IMG/VR virus record: IMGVR_UViG_3300022183_000013
Coordinates: 1-44,893 of that record
Strand: one strand, 5' to 3'
DNA from: a virus
Taxonomy: Duplodnaviria > Caudoviricetes
DNA: 44,893 nt
Under the pieces are notes generated by a model. That model was not told the origin of the DNA and made no database searches. It saw nothing but the letters and a program-made list of their open reading frames with translations. The translations under genes were made by a program, and so were the position numbers. The first letter of the stretch is position 1; every line of letters begins with the position of its first letter. Shown piece by piece: positions 16,121 to 25,868 of the stretch.

Positions 16121-17017
16121 ATGTTGGATATGCTTTCGCGTAAACAAGAGCCGAAATTCTCATCGGGAAACTCGAAAGTTTCTTCCGGAAAAAAAATATC
16201 TTGGCTTATTGAGCAAGCGCCTTCTGAGCCAGTCAGAATGATTATTACGCCGGAAATCGCGACTGCGATGTTGCAATACAATACCGATAATCGCCCCGTC
16301 TCCGAGAGCAATGTTGATCGGCTTGCGTCGGAGATCGCCAAGGGCGCGTGGATGGAAACTCCGGTCCCCGTGATTTTTTCGGACAAGGGGCGGTTAATCG
16401 ACGGGCAGCATCGATTGCAAGCGGTGCTCAAGAGTGGGCTGGCAATTGAATCGTGGGTCGCTTTCGGAGCAAAGGACGAAGCGTTCGCCGTGATTGATAC
16501 CGGGCGCAAGAGAACGGGCGGCGATGTCTTTGCAATTCATGGCGTCCCGAACTCCAATGCAATGGCCGCAACGACGAAGTGGCTTCATGTGTACCTAAAC
16601 AACCGTTCGGCGGCGGGGGGGGTGTCGGGAGGATCTGGAGCCCAGGTTACAAACGTCGATCTTTACGCGTTCTATCTGGGGCTAAAAGGCATTCATGATA
16701 GCAGCCCCACGTATAGCCGCCTTAAAACCAACGGAATCCCCGCGCCGACCGCTGGGATGGCAGTTCACTACTTGTGCGCCCAGAAGAACAGAGCGATGGC
16801 GGACGAGTTTTTTCGGAAACTGGCGACCGGGGTTGGGTTCGAAAGCAAACGAGACCCGGCTTACAAATTACGGGAAAGATTGACGCGAACGGGGGACAAG
16901 AAGCCGAGCCCCCGATCGGTTTTCGCGTACACCGTCCAGGCATGGAATGCAGCGCGTCGGAGAAAGCGAGTCCAACGATTTGAGTTCGAAGGCGGGCCGC
17001 TTCCGAGGGTCGTCTGA
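16121..17017 (+). CDS. ParB-like N-terminal domain protein
   Basis: ITPEIA..ML..NTDNRPVS...LIDGQHRLQAV...IDTGRKRT. Confidence 0.8.
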   Translation: MLDMLSRKQEPKFSSGNSKVSSGKKISWLIEQAPSEPVRMIITPEIATAMLQYNTDNRPVSESNVDRLASEIAKGAWMETPVPVIFSDKGRLIDGQHRLQAVLKSGLAIESWVAFGAKDEAFAVIDTGRKRTGGDVFAIHGVPNSNAMAATTKWLHVYLNNRSAAGGVSGGSGAQVTNVDLYAFYLGLKGIHDSSPTYSRLKTNGIPAPTAGMAVHYLCAQKNRAMADEFFRKLATGVGFESKRDPAYKLRERLTRTGDKKPSPRSVFAYTVQAWNAARRRKRVQRFEFEGGPLPRVV

Positions 17018-17844
17018 TGCGATTAGGTCAGGTCTATGTCGATGGCCTATCTGTCGGAGAGCGACATCGATCTCTCGTGGAAAGCCGTGTTTCATCGCTT
17101 GCGGAATCCATGCGTGAAATCGGCCTTCAAAATCCCATCCATGTGTGGTCGCCAGAGCCAACGGAGGCCTATCTGGTGGCGGGGCGTCATCGCCTCGCCG
17201 CCGCCGAGTCCTTGGGCTGGGATGAAGTTCCATGCTTTTTCGTGGACATGGACGAAATCGACCGCGAGCTATGGGAGATTGACGAGAACCTGATCCGCGC
17301 GGGGCTGTCGCCAGCGGAAGAGGCGGCGCACCTCGCGAGGCGGAAGGAGCTTTTTGAGGCGCGGAATGTAGGTGGGACAAATTGTCCCACCAAGCCGCAA
17401 CATCAAAAAGCGTTCGCTCAAGAAACAGCAGAAAAGACAGGGCACCCCAAGCGAGACATCAACCGCAAGGTCGCCCGCGCCGAAGCCATTCCAGACATTG
17501 ACCGCGTGGCCGGGACATCCCTCGACAAAGGCGTTGAGCTAGACGCTCTGGCCAAGATGGGCGAGTCGGATCGCGAGGACATTATCGCCAAGGCTCAGGC
17601 GGGTGAACGGGTTTCAGCCCGCATGTCCGGCGCATCAAAACGCGCCTTAGCCGCCGAAACAAATGACCTGAAGATTGAAGCGGTTGAAAGGGTCGCCGCA
17701 CAAATCATCGATTACGTCCCAGGCGAGCAATGGGATGTTCTTAAGTCCAATTGCTACAGCGGCGGCATGAAAGCGCTTGGCGATGCGATTGCCCGTCTGA
17801 CCGGCGTTTCCGTCTTTGACAACACAAGCGCGGGCCGGGGTTAG
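17017..17844 (+). CDS. ParB/RepB/Spo0J-family protein
   Basis: LAESMREIGLQNPI...LVAGRHRLAA...EIDENLIR..LSPAE. Confidence 0.85.
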   Translation: MRLGQVYVDGLSVGERHRSLVESRVSSLAESMREIGLQNPIHVWSPEPTEAYLVAGRHRLAAAESLGWDEVPCFFVDMDEIDRELWEIDENLIRAGLSPAEEAAHLARRKELFEARNVGGTNCPTKPQHQKAFAQETAEKTGHPKRDINRKVARAEAIPDIDRVAGTSLDKGVELDALAKMGESDREDIIAKAQAGERVSARMSGASKRALAAETNDLKIEAVERVAAQIIDYVPGEQWDVLKSNCYSGGMKALGDAIARLTGVSVFDNTSAGRG

Positions 17845-17846
17845 GC

Positions 17847-18218
17847 ATGGCGGCGGTGATCACAGAACGGGACGCCGCCGCGCTCACGCTGGTGGTGCCG
17901 ATGCCCCCGAGCACGAACAGCCTGTATCGCAACGTGCCCCGGCGCGGACGGGTCAAAACCGATCGATACAAGGCGTGGCTGACCGAGGCGGGATACGCGC
18001 TCAACCGGCAATCCAGACAAGCCTTGGTTGGCGACGTGGCCCTGACGATCACTGTAGGGCCGCGCAACCGATCCAGGGATTTGGATAACTGCATTAAGGC
18101 CCCCCAGGACTTACTTCAGGCCCACGGCATCATCGCCAACGACTCTCAGGTGATCGATGTCCGCGCGCGGTGGAGCGATGAAGTCAAGGGCTGCCAAATC
18201 GACATACGGGAGACGTGA
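17847..18218 (+). CDS. rusA: RusA-family Holliday junction resolvase
   Basis: PMPPSTNSLYR...RDLDNCIKAPQDLL..HGIIANDSQV. Confidence 0.9.
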   Translation: MAAVITERDAAALTLVVPMPPSTNSLYRNVPRRGRVKTDRYKAWLTEAGYALNRQSRQALVGDVALTITVGPRNRSRDLDNCIKAPQDLLQAHGIIANDSQVIDVRARWSDEVKGCQIDIRET

Positions 18219-18221
18219 CGG

Positions 18222-18455
18222 ATGGGCCAAGTCATCCACCTCCCGACCATAGAAGAACTGGACGCCCGGCAGCCGCTCACACTGCGAACCGCCGCACTCC
18301 AAGCATACGAGGACGGAATCACGGCGGCATGGCGAGCCTATGACCGCGCGGAACCGGGCCAGCAACGGGGCGCGGACATGCTCCATGGCAAGCGAGACGC
18401 CTGGCTGGCCTTCGCGACCGAGGGAACCCGAATGCTTCATGAAGTGGAGATTTGA
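18222..18455 (+). CDS. Hypothetical protein
   Basis: 77 aa in the operon, GGGAG RBS. Confidence 0.6.
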   Translation: MGQVIHLPTIEELDARQPLTLRTAALQAYEDGITAAWRAYDRAEPGQQRGADMLHGKRDAWLAFATEGTRMLHEVEI

Positions 18456-18456
18456 G

Positions 18457-18906
18457 ATGTTTGATCGAGACAAAAGAGACGCTGAAATCGTTGCCGCATA
18501 TAAAGCCGGTGCGTCGCCCGTTGCACTGAGCAAAGCCTGGGGGTTACGGCGGGCGGCAATTTGTAAAATTCTTAATGACGCGAGGATTGCGGTTCACGGC
18601 AAGGACATCATCCGGCGCTACCAGAAAGGCGAGCGGCCAACCGATATCGCCGCCAGTCTCAAATTCACGCACGGCCAGGTCACTGGTTATTTGAAAGCCA
18701 AGAAGGCCCTAAAGCCGAAAATAATAGGCGGCATTGCAGGGCTTAATGACCGAGGCGTCAAGAAAGCCCCGGTGGACTTCGATTGGGGGCGCGGCTTTGG
18801 TCGAGACAACGTAGAGCCCGATCCGCGCGAGACGCATGGCCGCATGTGGCATGCCAGCACTCACATCCCCACGGCATCGTCCGCAGACCTAGCGGCGAGG
18901 GGTTAG
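18457..18906 (+). CDS. Putative HTH DNA-binding protein
   Basis: Two short HTH-like repeats (RDAEIVAAYKAG..., IIRRYQKGE...). Confidence 0.6.
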   Translation: MFDRDKRDAEIVAAYKAGASPVALSKAWGLRRAAICKILNDARIAVHGKDIIRRYQKGERPTDIAASLKFTHGQVTGYLKAKKALKPKIIGGIAGLNDRGVKKAPVDFDWGRGFGRDNVEPDPRETHGRMWHASTHIPTASSADLAARG

Positions 18907-18907
18907 C

Positions 18908-19684
18908 ATGGCGCGCAAATCGTTATCGAAGAAAGCCCGGTTTGAAGTCTTCAAACGAGACAAATTCCAATGCCAATATTGCGGTGAGTCTGCGCCAGAC
19001 GTGGTTCTCCATGTAGATCACATTCGGCCTGTCGCGGAAGGTGGCGACAACGAGATGATGAACCTTGTGACGTCCTGTGCCGGATGCAACTTGGGGAAGG
19101 GCGCCAAGCGCCTTGATGATCATTCCGAAGTTCAAAAACAACGTGATCAAATTGCCGAACTAGAGCAGCGCAGACAGCAGCTTGAAATGATGATGGAGTG
19201 GCGATCCGGGCTTCACGACATTGAAGACGATGCCCTATCGCGCCTAAGCGACTACATCGGCGAGCGATGGTTCTATGTCCCGAATGAATCCGGCAAAGCC
19301 GATCTCAGAAAATGGATAAAGAGGTTTTCTTTCCAGGAGATCCTTGAAGCGGCGGAGTCGGCGTTTACTGAGATCGCCGAGGTGCAAGGTGAGAGGGTTA
19401 CCAAAGAGTCTTGGGAGCGCGCCTTCAAAAAGGTGCCGGCGTTCGCGAACGTCAGAAGGCGGCAGAAAGACAAGCCGTATCTTGGCGAACTCTTCTACAT
19501 CAGAGGCATTGTCCGAAACAGAGTGCGCTGGCGCCAATACGATTGCATGGCGATTACTGAGAGCGCGTTTCTCGCGGGCGTGCCGCTGGACGCTATCGCA
19601 GACCTGGCAAGGAATATCGACAGTGTTGATGAATTTGAAGGAGGTTTGGATGACCTAAAGGCCGTCGCTGAGGGGGAGGCGTAG
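18908..19684 (+). CDS. HNH endonuclease
   Basis: RFEVFKRDKFQCQYCG...LHVDHIRPVAEGG.N..NLVTSCAGCNLGK. Confidence 0.92.
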   Translation: MARKSLSKKARFEVFKRDKFQCQYCGESAPDVVLHVDHIRPVAEGGDNEMMNLVTSCAGCNLGKGAKRLDDHSEVQKQRDQIAELEQRRQQLEMMMEWRSGLHDIEDDALSRLSDYIGERWFYVPNESGKADLRKWIKRFSFQEILEAAESAFTEIAEVQGERVTKESWERAFKKVPAFANVRRRQKDKPYLGELFYIRGIVRNRVRWRQYDCMAITESAFLAGVPLDAIADLARNIDSVDEFEGGLDDLKAVAEGEA

Positions 19685-19686
19685 CG

Positions 19687-20556
19687 ATGCCGTCTATCCA
19701 GTGGTTCCCCCTCCACATCGAAGATTACCGACGTGACACGCAAGCCCTGTCGACACTCGAGCACGGCGCCTATCTACTACTGATGCATGAATACTATTCC
19801 AGACAAAAAGCCCTTCCCGATAACGATCGGAAACTGGCGGGCATAACCAAAATGACTCTTCCGGACTGGCTGGATATCCGGCCCTCTATCGAAGAGTTCT
19901 TTCAAGTTGCTGATGGCCTCTGGAGGCATAAGCGCATTGATCTCGAAGTCGAGAAAGCGCAAAGCCTGTCGGACAAGCGTCGCAAGGCTCGCGAAGGTGC
20001 CAACAAACAGCCCACAATTGTGGGAACAATTGATAGCACAAATGACCCCACAATTGATGCCCACACGGGCGCGTCACACTTAACACTTAACACTTCCGTT
20101 TCTAACGAAACGGGCGTTCCGCCGAACTTGGATGATCCAAAGGATTGGGTTTGGAAGGACGGCCTCGCATGGCTCGCCGAGCAAACGGGGCGAACCCAGC
20201 AAGCTATCCGTCCCCAGGTCGGGCGGTGGTGCAAGCAATTTACCGAAGACGCGGTGCAAGCGGTTCTTGTTGCGACGATTGCCCGCAAGGATGGGCCGCC
20301 CGCCGATCCAATCTCATGGATTGAGGCTTGCCTGAAGCGCAAGTCGGCTGGTTCGCCCGAGCAATCCACGGGGGGCGAGCGGGAGCGTGATTGGCCGGCG
20401 CGCCTGGCCAAATACGAGATGGGTGGTTTCTGGCCGGAAAGGTGGGGGCCGCGTCCTGAAGACCTGTCTCGGAATGATTCTCAAATCCCGATGCCGGTAT
20501 TAGCCGCTTGGCGAGCCGCGAACCTGTCCGCCGACACCATGAGGGCCGCTGAATGA
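19687..20556 (+). CDS. YdaU/DUF1376-family replication initiation protein
   Basis: WFPLHIEDYRRDTQALSTLEHGAYLLLMHEYY...LPDNDRKLAGI...WRHKRID. Confidence 0.88.
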   Translation: MPSIQWFPLHIEDYRRDTQALSTLEHGAYLLLMHEYYSRQKALPDNDRKLAGITKMTLPDWLDIRPSIEEFFQVADGLWRHKRIDLEVEKAQSLSDKRRKAREGANKQPTIVGTIDSTNDPTIDAHTGASHLTLNTSVSNETGVPPNLDDPKDWVWKDGLAWLAEQTGRTQQAIRPQVGRWCKQFTEDAVQAVLVATIARKDGPPADPISWIEACLKRKSAGSPEQSTGGERERDWPARLAKYEMGGFWPERWGPRPEDLSRNDSQIPMPVLAAWRAANLSADTMRAAE

Positions 20557-20828
20557 CCAAGCTCCCAACTTTTGCCGTCCCGGATTGCTGGTTCCGGCAC
20601 GAATTCAGCATTACCCGCGCCTATGGCTGCACCCTTGCCGAGGCAAACGGCATAGCGGAGCCGAAGACGGCTTTTCAGAAGGCTGTGAGCGTCCTCGGTC
20701 CGATACGAGCATGGAAGGGCCGCGACGGGTGGATGCTGGACCAGCGGCTCGCCGCGCCTGCGGAATTCATCCGCGCGGCACAGGCGCAAGTCGACTCACG
20801 AAACAATCGGATAGCGGAGGAGGAATAG
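20553..20828 (+). CDS. Hypothetical protein
   Basis: 91 aa, ATGA overlap with the upstream gene. Confidence 0.6.
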   Translation: MTKLPTFAVPDCWFRHEFSITRAYGCTLAEANGIAEPKTAFQKAVSVLGPIRAWKGRDGWMLDQRLAAPAEFIRAAQAQVDSRNNRIAEEE

Positions 20829-20832
20829 CGAT

Positions 20833-21354
20833 ATGGGCAGGAAGTCCGCGAAGCAAAAGCAGAAAAACAAAGCCGATCGCCCGCCCGCTCTCGCATTGGC
20901 CGATGTCGGGCCGAAAGAGCGCTATCAGCATGGCGACGTAATCGAGAGGCGCGAAACCATTCAGGCCGGCGTGAAGGGCGCGAGGGTGCTCACGGTATCC
21001 ATGATCGACCGCTACCGGCACAAGAAGCAAATCACGGTCAAGCAATCGGACGCGGCGCTAAAGCTGCGGGCGGATTGGGAGATGGCGGGCCGTCAAATGG
21101 CGGTGACCGGCACCTATGGCCAGGCGGGGCAGGGCAATCCCGAGATGTCTGACATGGCCGCGCTGGCGAGTGCTCGTTATGTGAAGGCCACGCGCGCCGT
21201 TGGTGTCGAGCTATCGCCGATCCTGGTTCACGTCGCCTTGCTGGACGGCAGCGCATCGGATTGGGCAAGAGGGCGCGGCGACATCCCGCAATCGGGCATC
21301 GCGGTACTACGTCTAGCGCTTGATGCATTAGCGAGACACTATGGGTTGACATAG
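20833..21354 (+). CDS. DUF6456-like protein, probable late-gene regulator
   Basis: C-terminal VLRLALDALARHYG; position at the end of the early operon, before the packaging genes. Confidence 0.7.
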   Translation: MGRKSAKQKQKNKADRPPALALADVGPKERYQHGDVIERRETIQAGVKGARVLTVSMIDRYRHKKQITVKQSDAALKLRADWEMAGRQMAVTGTYGQAGQGNPEMSDMAALASARYVKATRAVGVELSPILVHVALLDGSASDWARGRGDIPQSGIAVLRLALDALARHYGLT

Positions 21355-21400
21355 CGTGATGCTGAGTGGCATACTTTCGTCAGTGTCCAGTGGTGACACA

Positions 21401-21443
21401 AAAATCAACCCGCTCCCGAGCAATCGGCGGCGGGTTTTTGATT
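21401..21443 (+). terminator. Intrinsic terminator-like hairpin after the early operon
   Basis: AACCCGC...GCGGGTT followed by a T run. Confidence 0.55.
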
Positions 21444-22351
21444 CCCGCTCTGAATCAGGCGCAACCTGGTAGTAGGAGCCACCCGGCGGGGTTTCGGCCC
21501 CGTCCTTCAATTCAAACGTCCTGGCACGGACACAACGACGCTATGGGGCGATGCCAGCCCCGCGCTTCCCGGCGACGGAAAACGCAAACAGCCATCCAGC
21601 GGGCTGAGGCAGGATGGGTTGGGGGATGTTCCTGGCCGGCGTCGTCTTGCGGGGTAGCGCCCCCAAAGGTGTACGCGCCCCGCTCCAGACAACCGGCGTA
21701 ATGGATGACTCATGCAAGTCCACAATGTTTGGCCCAAAGACACAAAAAAAGATAATCCTGAATGGTCTCGATTGGTCCGCCGTCGACCATTCAATGCCAA
21801 ACCCAAGCAAAGGTTTTCTATCGAGTGCAAGGCGAAAAAAATATCACGAGAAAAGCGGGCGAGAGAGTTGGGGTGGACCGAGAAGAGCGAAGCCGTGCGG
21901 CGCCAGGGCGGCAAACTCGCGCTAAGTGAAATCAACGCAAAGAAAAACCCGGCGCTCGCGTTGGAAAGCACTTTCCTCGATCGGCGGGAAGCAAACGGAT
22001 AGCGGCTCGGATCAGTTTTTTAGAGACTCGCCCCGGAATGACCCGGAGCAGTCCAAGCGCCTGGGATCTTAAACAAGGTCCACCGTCAACCAGGCGTGAG
22101 GGATATGGAGAGCGACATGAACGGCACGGAACGAAGCGGTATCGAGGGCGCAAGAGATATCCGGAATTAGGTAGCAAACGCACCTAGTCAACAGGCGTGG
22201 GCTCTTGGCTAAAAATTTGACCCAAGCCCCATAGAGATTAATTTGCTGGATGATCTGTTTTCATCGAAGGATGTCCTTCCTCTCCCCGAAAATGATCCTG
22301 AAAAGAGTTACCAGGTCCGACGAGACTTTCTCCGACGGGAGATGTTGAGAC

Positions 22352-22828
22352 ATGCAAAGAATTTTTGAGAAATTTGGCCCTATATTTGCCGCCGTCGCGT
22401 GTTTTTGTGCTTTGTATTTTGAACGTGAGATTGTGCTTGATCTGTTTGATCGGCACCAGCTGCAAACCGACGGACTGTATACCGCGATTTTTGATTGGTC
22501 GGCGATTCAGACAGGCTTTCTGTTCGGAGTTTACGGTTTTATGGCCAGTAAACGCGACGGGTTCATTGGGGAAATTAGGGAAACCTATGCTATGGCATGG
22601 TTTCTCTCGTACATTAAGCGGGCAACTTTCATCGGATTTATTTTAACATTTTCATCAATTCCTTTGATTATCATTTCGCCAAAGGTAGGGGTGGAGCACA
22701 ATCAAAGCTTTGTTTGGGTGGCGGGCTGGTTCTCCCTTTTCATTTGGGCCTTTCTGGCCTTTGCCAGGGTCGCGTATATTTTTGGGTTAATGGCCCGCAT
22801 CAAAGACAAGGAAGACCTTGGGGCGTAG
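22352..22828 (+). CDS. Low-GC multi-TM membrane protein (moron)
   Basis: 158 aa, about four hydrophobic helices, AT-rich relative to the rest of the genome. Confidence 0.75.
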   Translation: MQRIFEKFGPIFAAVACFCALYFEREIVLDLFDRHQLQTDGLYTAIFDWSAIQTGFLFGVYGFMASKRDGFIGEIRETYAMAWFLSYIKRATFIGFILTFSSIPLIIISPKVGVEHNQSFVWVAGWFSLFIWAFLAFARVAYIFGLMARIKDKEDLGA

Positions 22829-22939
22829 GTGGCATCCCGTTCAATCTTCTAGCCGAACGGCACGCTGTTCACCCTGACGGCAGCGGCAGCGATGAACCAC
22901 CCGGTTAGCCGGAAGTGGAAGGGGTATTGGCAGCGATGA

Positions 22940-23344
22940 CTAATTGGGTTGAGACGACCCCGGTGCCGATTCCTGCACCTCGTCCAAGTTTGAAAGCCAT
23001 TCGATTAGCGCCGGAATTGAAATTCCCTCAAGGGAAAGGTCTAGTTCTGAGTTTCCATCCAGTTCAAGAGTCAGGACCGGAACCCCTTCCGTCGATACTG
23101 CGCCACGCAGGCTCGTGACTTTCGGGGGGCTTGCGAGCCAGAATGCGCGACGATCTAACCCCTTAAGGCTGGATAATTGAGCCTTTTGGGCGACCCCCAT
23201 CTCTCTCAATATGCCGGAGATCAAATTAGACCATTGGGTTCCGCGAATCCTGATGGATGCTTCGGTGCCGTCTTCACCGCGGAAGAAAATCTCTGAATCC
23301 TCGCCAGTTTGCGAATGGCGCGATCTCATGCTTTTTAGGGCCAT
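22940..23344 (-). CDS. Hypothetical protein, antisense to the late operon (moron)
   Basis: GGGAG RBS before MALKS; protein-like composition. Confidence 0.6.
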   Translation of the reverse strand: MALKSMRSRHSQTGEDSEIFFRGEDGTEASIRIRGTQWSNLISGILREMGVAQKAQLSSLKGLDRRAFWLASPPKVTSLRGAVSTEGVPVLTLELDGNSELDLSLEGISIPALIEWLSNLDEVQESAPGSSQPN

Positions 23345-23498
23345 AAGGCGTCTCCCATGGGCCGGGATGAACCAAATAGCCCTGGAGTACATCGGGCATC
23401 CTCGCACCGAGGCGCTGGTCGAAGAATATCGCGCGAAGATCGCGGGTGAGTGAGGGGCTGGTAAGCCCAAGACTTCAATCGTTTGAAAGGAAGCAACA

Positions 23499-23749
23499 TG
23501 CTTTCCCAAGTAACGTATATCGAGCGCGCCGACGACGAGCCGCTGATTTTGAAGGGCGCTCTATCTGAGGGGCAAGTCCTGGAGGCGGCAATCGACGCCA
23601 CAAGCTACCGGCATTTCGGATGCACGGCCAATGGCGGCAGCCAGTCAATCCCCATCGAGGCCATCGACCGCCAAGCGCTGGGAGTGGTCGAGGAACACGC
23701 GCCGACGAAGCGCCGGGGCCGGAAGAGGGTTGAAGCGCCTGATGGTTGA
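23499..23749 (+). CDS. Hypothetical protein
   Basis: AAGGA RBS; coupled with the following ORFs. Confidence 0.55.
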
Positions 23750-23925
23750 TGCGTGGGATGGGGGCGAAATTGATAAACTTGCCCGCGACTTGTTTGGGCT
23801 CCCGCTTTGGATGCGCGCGAGGATCGTCGAGACTGGCCAGCAGGTTCGCCGGTGTAAGTCCGTGACCTTCGCCCCTCTTGACGACACGCCAAATCGCTAC
23901 GACACAACCGTGACGGTGACGTTCC

Positions 23926-24321
23926 ATGGCTGGGCGTAAACCTGCGGGTACAGCCAAAAGGCAGCTTCCGAAAGCGATGGAGGCTCATCAGTTCAAGCCC
24001 GGCCAATCCGGCAACCCAAAAGGGCGCGGCAAAGGCGTTCGCAACAAGCTAGGCGAGGCGTTCTTGGAGGCCCTCCACGAGGACTTCAACGAGCATGGCG
24101 CCGACGCGATCGTCAAATGCCGCCAGGACAGCCCCGTTGCTTACGTCAAGGTCTTGGCCAGCATCTTGCCGAAGGATCTCAATGTCACAATCAACCCGTT
24201 GGAAGAACTGACAGATGCCGAGCTTATCGAGCGGATCGGAGAACTCCGGGACGCCGTTGACTCCGCTCTTGGTGGAACTGGCGCGGCTGCAGGCGGAACG
24301 GAAGAGGCGACTAGACACTAA
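23926..24321 (+). CDS. terS: Terminase small subunit (DUF5681-like motif)
   Basis: HQFKPGQSGNPKGR; directly upstream of terL. Confidence 0.8.
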   Translation: MAGRKPAGTAKRQLPKAMEAHQFKPGQSGNPKGRGKGVRNKLGEAFLEALHEDFNEHGADAIVKCRQDSPVAYVKVLASILPKDLNVTINPLEELTDAELIERIGELRDAVDSALGGTGAAAGGTEEATRH

Positions 24322-25636
24322 CCTTCTCGCCCGATACCGGCCTTATTCCAAGCAGAAAGATTTCCACCACGAGACGGTCCGCGAGCGGCTGTTCATGGCG
24401 GGCAACCAACTCGGGAAGTCCTGGGCGGGGGCTTTCGAGTGCGCGATCCACCTGACTGGGAAGTACCCGGATTGGTGGGAAGGCAAACGCTTCAAAAAGC
24501 CTGTGATTGGCTGGGCGGCGGGAGAGACGGGCGAGGTTGTCCGCGACACCATCCAACGGTTGCTGTTGGGCCGCGTTGAGCCCTGGGGGACGGGGGCGAT
24601 CCCGCAGGCGGATGTGATCAGCGCTGATTCCGCTCTCGGCACGCCAGGTTTGAAGGGCGTCATCAAGGTTCGTCATGTGTCGGGCGGTGAAAGCCAATTA
24701 ACGCTGAAGTCGTACAATCAGGGGCGGGAGAAGTTCCAGGGCGAAACGCTCGACTTTTGCTGGTTTGATGAAGAGCCGCCGATTGACATCTTCACCGAGG
24801 GGCTGACGCGCACGAATACGACGCAAGGGCCGATTTGGATGACGTTCACGCCGCTCAAAGGTATGTCCGATGTTGTGGTGAGGTTTTTGATGGAGGAAAA
24901 CCCTGACCGCTCGGTTACTCAGATGACCATCGAGGACGCCGAGCACTATTCGCCGGAACAGCGTGAGAAGATTATCGCCAGCTACCCAAAGCACGAACGG
25001 GAAGCCCGGACGAAGGGCGTGCCGATTATGGGCTCGGGTCGCGTCTACCCGATCCCGGAAGAGGAAATCACCATCGCGCCGTGCCCGATCCCGCCGCATT
25101 GGGCGCGCATCGTGGGCATGGATTTGGGCTGGGATCACCCGACAACCGCCGTTTGGCTGGCGTGGGACAAGGACACGGATACGATTTACGTCACGGACGC
25201 CTATCGTAAGAGTGAGACTGTCCCAGCGATGCACGCGGCGACGATCAAGGCCAAGGGTGGTTGGATGCCGGTGGCCTGGCCTTCGGACGCTGGGAGCCAC
25301 GGCAGGGACGGCGCAACGCCGCTTGTCGAGCAGTATCGCGGCCACGGGTTGAAGATGCTCAAGGACCGCGCGCAATTCGATGACGGCGGCGTGTCCGTCG
25401 AGGCCGGCCTCATGGAGATCCTGGAAAGGATGGAAACGGGGCGGTTTAAGGTGTTCGCTCACCTCAATGAGTGGTGGGAAGAGTTCCGTATCTATCATCG
25501 CAAGGACGGCAAGATCGTTAAGGAACGCGACGACTTGATGGATGCGACCAGATACGCGGTGATGATGAAGCGCGAGGCCAGGACGAAGCCGGCACCTCAC
25601 AAGCCCATCAACGTCAATACAAGCTGGGTCGAGTAA
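24215..25636 (+). CDS. terL: Terminase large subunit, P22-like (start uncertain, possibly TTG 24257)
   Basis: Walker A AGNQLGKS, Walker B WFDEEPP, MTFTP, nuclease GMDLGWDHPT, DDLMDATRYA. Confidence 0.95.
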   Translation: MPSLSSGSENSGTPLTPLLVELARLQAERKRRLDTNLLARYRPYSKQKDFHHETVRERLFMAGNQLGKSWAGAFECAIHLTGKYPDWWEGKRFKKPVIGWAAGETGEVVRDTIQRLLLGRVEPWGTGAIPQADVISADSALGTPGLKGVIKVRHVSGGESQLTLKSYNQGREKFQGETLDFCWFDEEPPIDIFTEGLTRTNTTQGPIWMTFTPLKGMSDVVVRFLMEENPDRSVTQMTIEDAEHYSPEQREKIIASYPKHEREARTKGVPIMGSGRVYPIPEEEITIAPCPIPPHWARIVGMDLGWDHPTTAVWLAWDKDTDTIYVTDAYRKSETVPAMHAATIKAKGGWMPVAWPSDAGSHGRDGATPLVEQYRGHGLKMLKDRAQFDDGGVSVEAGLMEILERMETGRFKVFAHLNEWWEEFRIYHRKDGKIVKERDDLMDATRYAVMMKREARTKPAPHKPINVNTSWVE

Positions 25637-25655
25637 CGCACCCATTCCAAAGAGG

Positions 25656-25868
25656 TTGCAAATGTCTCAAGCACTAGCTGTCCGCGTTGCGCGGCTGGAT
25701 CAATCCCTCACGGCTGCGCTTGATCTGATCTCGGATCTCCGTGCGAAGTCTGCCGCTCTCGAAGAGCGCATCGAGGATCTGGAAACGCGGCCAGCCGATG
25801 TTTCTGGGGCGGTCGTTGAAATCATGCCCCGCAAGCGCGGGCGCCCGAGAAAGCTGGCCAATGTCTGA
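25656..25868 (+). CDS. Small coiled-coil protein with AT-hook-like tail
   Basis: Ends in RKRGRPRK; lies between terL and portal. Confidence 0.65.
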   Translation: MQMSQALAVRVARLDQSLTAALDLISDLRAKSAALEERIEDLETRPADVSGAVVEIMPRKRGRPRKLANV

